64,000 nt of DNA, taken from contig MEWB01000001.1 in NCBI GenBank assembly GCA_001773215.1, positions 151,108 through 215,107 on the forward strand, written 5' to 3'. Numbering within the stretch: the first letter of the stretch is position 1; each line of letters begins with the position of its first letter. Of the stretch, positions 58,663-64,000 are shown one piece after another. Position numbers and translations under genes: made by a program. Source of the stretch: a candidate division WWE3 bacterium RIFOXYC1_FULL_40_10. GTDB lineage: Bacteria; Patescibacteriota; WWE3; UBA101185; UBA10185. Under the pieces are notes generated by a model. That model made no database searches. It worked only from the letters and a program-made list of their open reading frames with translations, and had not been told where the DNA came from.

Positions 58663-60666
58663 TTACCTATCCACATTCGCATGCTTTGCATGGGTTTGGA
58701 TAAAGCGTTTTCTAGGGGCTACTTCATCACCCATCAGCATTGTAAACACCTCATCAGCTTTTTCAGCATCCCCTATCGTTATCATTTTTAATCTTCTGGT
58801 TGCGGGATCCATGGTGGTTTCCCACAATTCTTCCGCGTTCATTTCTCCTAAACCTTTAAATCTCTGTATTACCGCGGAACTTCCCTCTTTTGTTTTCAAA
58901 AAGGCAACACGATCGCTGTCGTCAAAAAGATACTTCTTATTTTTACCCCACGAAGCCTTGTACAAAGGCGGAACGGCAACAAATATCTTGTTAGACTGTA
59001 ACAATTCCACCATGTGTCTATAAAATAACGTTAGATACAAGGTCATAATATGGGCGCCATCAATGTCGGCGTCGGCCATGATAATAATTTTGCCGTATCT
59101 CAGTTTCTTTTCATCGTACTGCTCCCCTATTCCGGCTCCGAGAGCAATTATAAGGGACTTTAATTTGTCCGATTCGACTATTTTGTCTAAACGAGACCTT
59201 TCTGTGTTCAATATCTTACCAAAGAGCGGTAATATAGCCTGAGTGTTTCTATCCCTGCCCTGTTTTGCTGGGCCTGCGGCGGAATCCCCCTCTACTATAA
59301 ATATTTCGGTATGTTCGGGATCTTTTTTGGAACAATCTGCCAATTTTCCGGGTAGCACTCCCCCACCCTCCAATGCCGACTTTCTAATAACAGTATCTCT
59401 GGCGGCTTTAGCTGCCAAACGGGCTTTTAATGTTGTAATATTCTTGCTTATTATTGCCTGAGCGTCTCTTGGATGTTCTGCCAAAAATATTTCAAGAGAG
59501 TCTTTCATTACCATTTCCACAGCTGTTTTCACGTTCGTATTGCCTAGTTTAGCTTTAGTTTGGCCTTCAAATTGCAAAGTTGAGGAGTCAAGTTTTATCG
59601 AAATAATTGCTGTCAACCCTTCTTTCAAATCGTCTCCGCTGAAGTTTTCATCTTTTTCTTTAAGATAGTTCTCCTTGCGGGCGTAGTCATTGATCATTTT
59701 TGTTAATGCAGTTCTAAAACCGGTTAAATGAGTGCCGCCTTCGGCGTTTTTGAGGTGATTTGCAAAGCAAACGACATTTTCCGTGAAGGCATCGTTGTAT
59801 TGAAAAGCTATTTCTACATCAATATCGTCTTTATCGTCTTTGTAATTTTGGCGAACGTGAAACGGAGTATCGTTTAATATTTTCTTATTTCGATTCAAAG
59901 CTCTTAAATAAGCTTTAATACCGCCCTCAAAATAGAAGGTCTCTTTTTGGTCAGTTCTGTAGTCTATTAACTCAAATCTTATACCGGCTGTTAGATAAGC
60001 GTATTCCCTTAATTGAGCAATGAAGTGTTTGTACTTGAAGTCGGTAGTCTCAAAAATCTCTGAGTCGGGCATGAACTGAACAATTGTACCCGATTCGTAG
60101 TTCCACCCTGCCACATCAATGTTCCACTCTGCTCCTTTAACTTTTGTCTCATTTTTATTCGGCTTTATCTTTTCTACCGGTCGCACTACCTTGCCACCGT
60201 CTTGATACTCCTGAATGACTATAGTATCTCCTCTTTTTACTACAACTCTGCACCATTTAGATAAGGCATTAACAACTGAAGATCCGACACCATGAAGACC
60301 GCTGGATACTTTGTAACTGCCACCGCCGAATTTACCCCCTGCGTGAAGCTTTGTGAACGCTAATTCAAGCCCGCTCACTCCGTAGCCTTTTTTAATTTCA
60401 AAAGGGATGCCTCGACCATTATCGTACACAGCAACAGACCCGTCTTTGAAGAACTCTACTTTTACATGGTTTGCAAAGCCTCCGATTGCCTCATCCATTG
60501 AGTTGTTAACTATTTCTGTAACTAGGTGATGAAGTCCGGGTTGGCCTGTGGATCCAATGTACATACCTGGTCTTTTTCGTACAGGATCAAGCCCTTCGAG
60601 TACTTGTATCTGGTCTGCATTATAATCGTATTTCTTTGGATCTGACATTGCTGGATTAGTATACAT
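58663..60666 (-). CDS. gyrB: DNA gyrase subunit B
   Basis: GHKL ATPase N-terminus HHLVTEIVNNSMDEAIGG, GGKFGGGSYKVSSGLHGVGSSVVNALS. TOPRIM EIFIVEGDSAAG. 667 aa. gyrA (with GyrA box) present in window. Confidence 0.9.
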   Translation of the reverse strand: MYTNPAMSDPKKYDYNADQIQVLEGLDPVRKRPGMYIGSTGQPGLHHLVTEIVNNSMDEAIGGFANHVKVEFFKDGSVAVYDNGRGIPFEIKKGYGVSGLELAFTKLHAGGKFGGGSYKVSSGLHGVGSSVVNALSKWCRVVVKRGDTIVIQEYQDGGKVVRPVEKIKPNKNETKVKGAEWNIDVAGWNYESGTIVQFMPDSEIFETTDFKYKHFIAQLREYAYLTAGIRFELIDYRTDQKETFYFEGGIKAYLRALNRNKKILNDTPFHVRQNYKDDKDDIDVEIAFQYNDAFTENVVCFANHLKNAEGGTHLTGFRTALTKMINDYARKENYLKEKDENFSGDDLKEGLTAIISIKLDSSTLQFEGQTKAKLGNTNVKTAVEMVMKDSLEIFLAEHPRDAQAIISKNITTLKARLAAKAARDTVIRKSALEGGGVLPGKLADCSKKDPEHTEIFIVEGDSAAGPAKQGRDRNTQAILPLFGKILNTERSRLDKIVESDKLKSLIIALGAGIGEQYDEKKLRYGKIIIMADADIDGAHIMTLYLTLFYRHMVELLQSNKIFVAVPPLYKASWGKNKKYLFDDSDRVAFLKTKEGSSAVIQRFKGLGEMNAEELWETTMDPATRRLKMITIGDAEKADEVFTMLMGDEVAPRKRFIQTHAKHANVDR

Positions 60667-60682
60667 TGTGGTTTGTGTAGGT

Positions 60683-61360
60683 TCAATGAGATGAGATTTC
60701 TATTACCAGGCACTCCAGAGCCAGTCGTACATTTACATTTGTTTTTTCGATATCCTCTAATTTCGCAATCAAAGCTTGCAAATTGCTTGCCGTTTGGACC
60801 GGTTTTGAGGCTAATTGTTCTCGTGCCTGTTTAATAAGATTTTCTAAAATATCAGAAATTTCGTCTTTTTCCAGTTTTGCAGTTTCTTCTGCCCATTCCA
60901 ACTTTGTGCCTAAGTCTGCTTCGAGCAAAAAATTATAATCAGCCTCAGTTAGGGTTTCTTCTTGCTGGCCGGATTTCACCGGAAACTTTTTGCACCTGGA
61001 TATAACAGTCTCCAGTAGATCTTTGACAGTTTTTGCTATCAATATTATAGTTGCGTACTCCGGAGGTTCTTCGAGGGATTTTAACAGCATGTTTTGTGTT
61101 TTTGTACTAAGTTCTTCTGCTTTTGGGAAGATTAATAGCTTGTAATTTTTCGAAAAAGGTTTTTTCTTTAAAAAATCTATAGCTTGTTTCACATCTTCAA
61201 CGGTATATCCTGATTTGTTTGAGGGCGTGACAAGCTTAATATCGGTTAACTTGGTGGTTGCAAGATCAATATCTTCATTTGTGATCTCTTTGATTATCTG
61301 TTCCGCTTTGGTGTTACGGTCTTTAACCGATCCACCGTAGATTAATATTGATGCTGACAT
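60683..61360 (-). CDS. holB: DNA polymerase III delta' subunit-like clamp-loader protein
   Basis: LIYGGS... and LLKSLEEPP (clamp-loader sensor-2 region signature). 225 aa. Confidence 0.55.
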   Translation of the reverse strand: MSASILIYGGSVKDRNTKAEQIIKEITNEDIDLATTKLTDIKLVTPSNKSGYTVEDVKQAIDFLKKKPFSKNYKLLIFPKAEELSTKTQNMLLKSLEEPPEYATIILIAKTVKDLLETVISRCKKFPVKSGQQEETLTEADYNFLLEADLGTKLEWAEETAKLEKDEISDILENLIKQAREQLASKPVQTASNLQALIAKLEDIEKTNVNVRLALECLVIEISSH

Positions 61361-61376
61361 GCTACTTATTATACAG

Positions 61377-62004
61377 GAGCTGCTCCAACGCTAGAGCAGC
61401 TCCAAAGGCGGAGCTACTCCTGTAGGAATGGAAATTACTCTCTTCCCCTTTCCCTAAAATCTAGATATACAGGTATATATGCCTGCGATTAACTCCTTAA
61501 AAAAATACGTTCAAGGTGGAATTTATCATGTATACAACAGGGGAAATCGGAAAAGTGAAATTTTTTTAGCGGCTCAGGACTATGATATTTTCTGTTATTT
61601 ATTGGAAAGATATTTACTCCCATGTCCTGTTTCTATGAGATGCAAGAGCTACTCTAACCAGATTAAAGTACACGCTTTTTGTTTGATGCCCAATCACTTT
61701 CATCTACTGCTAGAGCAGATCCAAGAGAGGGCTATATCCAGCTTCATGCACGGTCTTTGTCTGAGTTATTCTATGATATTTAACAAACGGTATGAGAAGG
61801 TTGGCAGACTGTTTCAAGGAGTGTACAAAGCACGTCTTATCACAAGAGAATCCGAGATAAGCACCGTGGCATCTTACATACACATCAACCCTTCCGAAGT
61901 AGGAGCTACTCCGGAGGATTACCCCTATTCTAGTTATGGTTGTTATCTAGGGAAAGACACGTGTAGATTTCTAACGACGGAGCTGCTCCAACGCTAGAGC
62001 AGCT
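61377..62004 (+). mobile_element. IS200-like / REP-associated tyrosine transposase (RAYT) element bounded by identical 27-bp hairpin sequences
   Basis: GGAGCTGCTCCAACGCTAGAGCAGCTC present at 61377-61403 and 61978-62004 in the same orientation. Each forms a 9-bp stem (GAGCTGCTC/GAGCAGCTC) with 8-nt loop. Additional nested palindromes at both ends. Confidence 0.7.
61479..61997 (+). CDS. tnpA: HUH-family Y1 transposase (IS200 TnpA / RAYT)
   Basis: YHVYNRGNRKSEIF (N-terminal beta-strand block), HUH motif CLMPNHFHLLLE, C-terminal catalytic Tyr region GVYKARLI...YPYSSYGCY. 172 aa. Confidence 0.75.
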   Translation: MPAINSLKKYVQGGIYHVYNRGNRKSEIFLAAQDYDIFCYLLERYLLPCPVSMRCKSYSNQIKVHAFCLMPNHFHLLLEQIQERAISSFMHGLCLSYSMIFNKRYEKVGRLFQGVYKARLITRESEISTVASYIHINPSEVGATPEDYPYSSYGCYLGKDTCRFLTTELLQR

Positions 62005-62069
62005 CTGGATTCACACTGCTCTTGGGTCACATTCTATCCCTTAACAACTTATTTTGTTACGATTAATCT

Positions 62070-64000
62070 ATGCCTGTAATTAGATATAACCTGCTTTTTT
62101 TAATTACTCTCCTGTGCATTTTGTGTCCTGTTGCATTTGCAACTCCTTCGCTAACTTTAAAGGGCACTGCAACGGATGGTACTTCTAATACCCCATACGC
62201 CTCCAGAGTATACTTTGGTGACTATAACGGGGACGGGTACGACGATTATGCTACTTCAAACGGCCAGACTGGTAATGGCAAGGTCTACATCTATTTTGGC
62301 GGACTTCTCTTTGATAATACAGTTGATATCACAATTACGGGTGAGGCCGCCAGCGATTTTTTTGGAAGTCAGGAGGATGGTATCTCTTTGGTTGATTTAA
62401 ACGGAGACGGGAGTGACGAGTTAATAGTGGGAGCTCCTTATAACGATGCGGGAGGAAGTAATGTTGGGAAAATTTACATCTATACTGGTGGTGTTTTAAG
62501 CAGTGGTACCTATGCGGCCAGCGTGGCGAATACTACGCTTGTAGGTAATTTAACCGACAGGAGACAACTTGGTAGGTCGGTATCTTATGGCGATGCGGAT
62601 AATGATGGTGATATGGATTTACTTATTGGATCCATAGCAGAGTCTCAGGCGGTCTCCAAACTTCATATATTTACGAATTCATCAGGAGTGGTGGATTTTT
62701 CAGCTAGTTGGGCGATACTTTCGCTGGCGGGCTCCACTGCATATAGTGTATTTAGCAGAGCTATGGCGTACGACTTCAATGATGACAGTTTCAACGATAT
62801 ATTAGTGTCTGATGGTTGGGGGTATTCCTATACAGGGAAAGACCTCAACATTAGTTTTGGGGATGGCACAACAGCTTTTGGAACTACAACATCGTTTCCC
62901 GAGAGTTCCTCAGCCAGTGCCTATGGCCGTGCCAATTCGTACGATGTGTCGGACATCAACTTGGACGGGAAAGAGGATATTTGCGCTAGCATTTACACAG
63001 GCAGTTCTAATAGGGGATCAGTATTTTGCTGGTTTGGGAGAGAGACTTTTTTATCAAGCTACGCCCAAAGTACTGCAGATATCACATTAACCGGTCCAAA
63101 TGCCGGTGACTATCTTGGAAGAGGCCTTACTATTTCAGATGTTAACAATGATGGAAAGCCGGATCTATTAGCGGGAGCAACTCAGTGGGGGGCAACAAAA
63201 AGGGGGGCTTTATATATATATAAAGGAACCGGGGAAACCTTTTCTAGTTCTCCCTGGCTTACTTATGCAAAGACTAGCGGAACCACCAGTTTCGGCGCTT
63301 CTGTGTCAACGGGAGATCTAGATAGCGATGGTTGGGTGGATATAAATGTAACGACTGGAGGCCAATGGGTAGGCGGAAGCGGGGCTTCGTATATAAATAT
63401 TTTCGAGATTGACCATGGAAATCCGACCATAAGCGTGGCTGGCGCGTCTAGCGGAAGTGAAATGGAAGGGGAAGCTATTTCCGGAGATCCCGGCTACACT
63501 GTTAAGGGAGTTGAGTGGAGTACCTCAGCCAACTTATCCGGTACATGGACCGCGTGCACGCCCAAAGATGGAACTTTCGACGAATCTACCGAGGAGTTTT
63601 CGTGCAATGTTTCCAGTTTTGAAGATGGGGAAAGCGAAATATATTTGCGATCCTATGACCAAAATGATGTGTACATGCCGGAACGGTTGATTATGCATAA
63701 AGATTTTACTTTGGACAAAGAAAGTCCCGGTGAAAGCGACCAACTAGTGGGTCTATCCAAGGATAATCTCGTGCAACTTGGTTCTAAAACGCTAAAATCT
63801 GATGACCGAGAATTAACTTTGTACTTTGATGTTAAGGATTCAACAACCGAGGTTAAGTACTTAATGCTTTCCCAAAAGGATGATTTTAAGGGTGCGAAAT
63901 GGAAGGCATATGACGGGGACATCAAACTTAGTTTTGATCACGATGGAAAGAAAAATCTATTTATTAGATTTAAAGATGATGCGGGTAATGTTTCTGATAC
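62070..64000 (+). CDS. Partial (3' end beyond window) secreted FG-GAP repeat protein, paralog of 53181..55601
   Basis: ATG at 62070 with signal peptide MPVIRYNLLFLITLLCILCPVAFA. Repeats DYNGDGYDDY, DLNGDGSDELIVG, DADNDGDMDLLIG, DINLDGKEDI, DVNNDGKPDLLAG, DLDSDGWVDI. Block SGTWTACTPKDGTFDESTEEFSCNVSS...RSYDQNDVYMP homologous to the other gene. Open to window end and not in ORF track for lack of stop. Confidence 0.6.
   Translation, partial: MPVIRYNLLFLITLLCILCPVAFATPSLTLKGTATDGTSNTPYASRVYFGDYNGDGYDDYATSNGQTGNGKVYIYFGGLLFDNTVDITITGEAASDFFGSQEDGISLVDLNGDGSDELIVGAPYNDAGGSNVGKIYIYTGGVLSSGTYAASVANTTLVGNLTDRRQLGRSVSYGDADNDGDMDLLIGSIAESQAVSKLHIFTNSSGVVDFSASWAILSLAGSTAYSVFSRAMAYDFNDDSFNDILVSDGWGYSYTGKDLNISFGDGTTAFGTTTSFPESSSASAYGRANSYDVSDINLDGKEDICASIYTGSSNRGSVFCWFGRETFLSSYAQSTADITLTGPNAGDYLGRGLTISDVNNDGKPDLLAGATQWGATKRGALYIYKGTGETFSSSPWLTYAKTSGTTSFGASVSTGDLDSDGWVDINVTTGGQWVGGSGASYINIFEIDHGNPTISVAGASSGSEMEGEAISGDPGYTVKGVEWSTSANLSGTWTACTPKDGTFDESTEEFSCNVSSFEDGESEIYLRSYDQNDVYMPERLIMHKDFTLDKESPGESDQLVGLSKDNLVQLGSKTLKSDDRELTLYFDVKDSTTEVKYLMLSQKDDFKGAKWKAYDGDIKLSFDHDGKKNLFIRFKDDAGNVSD

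Noticed and set aside
1-64000. CRISPR arrays and rRNA genes
   Set aside because: No regularly spaced short direct repeats with unique spacers were seen. No rRNA-like conserved segments were found. The only regular repeat arrays are the iterons and the IS200 hairpins.

Overview
This is a low-GC (about 40%) bacterial chromosomal segment using the standard genetic code; TGA, TAA and TAG are all used as stops. Gene density is high and operon organisation resembles small-genome bacteria. Most of the window is a housekeeping backbone. It carries ychF-rpsF-ssb-rpsR, an S41 protease and HtrA, prfA-rpmE, hisS, pepF, a Rel/SpoT homolog, dnaB, tRNA-Leu(CAA)-efp, lspA-rluD, yebC-ruvC, a XerC/D-like recombinase, rnhB-gyrA-ppaC, an ABC transporter, a CCA-adding enzyme and gyrB-holB.

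Several accessory or unusual loci interrupt this backbone:
- A compact integrative element of about 6 kb (about 7.4-13.75 kb) carries a terminase-small-like gene, a primase/P-loop replication protein and a large serine recombinase. The recombinase 3' end overlaps the ychF start. The gene set resembles a phage-satellite (PICI-like) element.
- A MoxR AAA+ ATPase and VWA protein pair sits next to a CCA-head-like nucleotidyltransferase and a phosphoribosyltransferase-domain protein (0.5-7.4 kb).
- A non-coding island (41.3-42.0 kb) holds five phased ~22-bp iterons, a consensus DnaA box, an AT-rich stretch and a 10-bp hairpin. It lies immediately upstream of the tyrosine recombinase gene.
- A perfect 25-bp inverted repeat pair brackets a 145-bp segment exactly between a divergent FG-GAP surface-protein gene and an ABC transporter gene (55.64-55.83 kb). 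This is a candidate invertible promoter or a MITE.
- An IS200/RAYT-type HUH transposase is flanked by identical 27-bp hairpins (61.4-62.0 kb).
- A membrane-anchored VirB4/HerA-like ATPase has no other secretion-system components nearby.
- A polytopic membrane protein is fused to a DksA/TraR zinc finger.
- Two ABC-2 permease gene pairs are tandem duplicates.
- Three paralogous secreted repeat proteins carry FG-GAP and Ig-like domains.

All calls are based on motif recognition by eye. No database searches were run.
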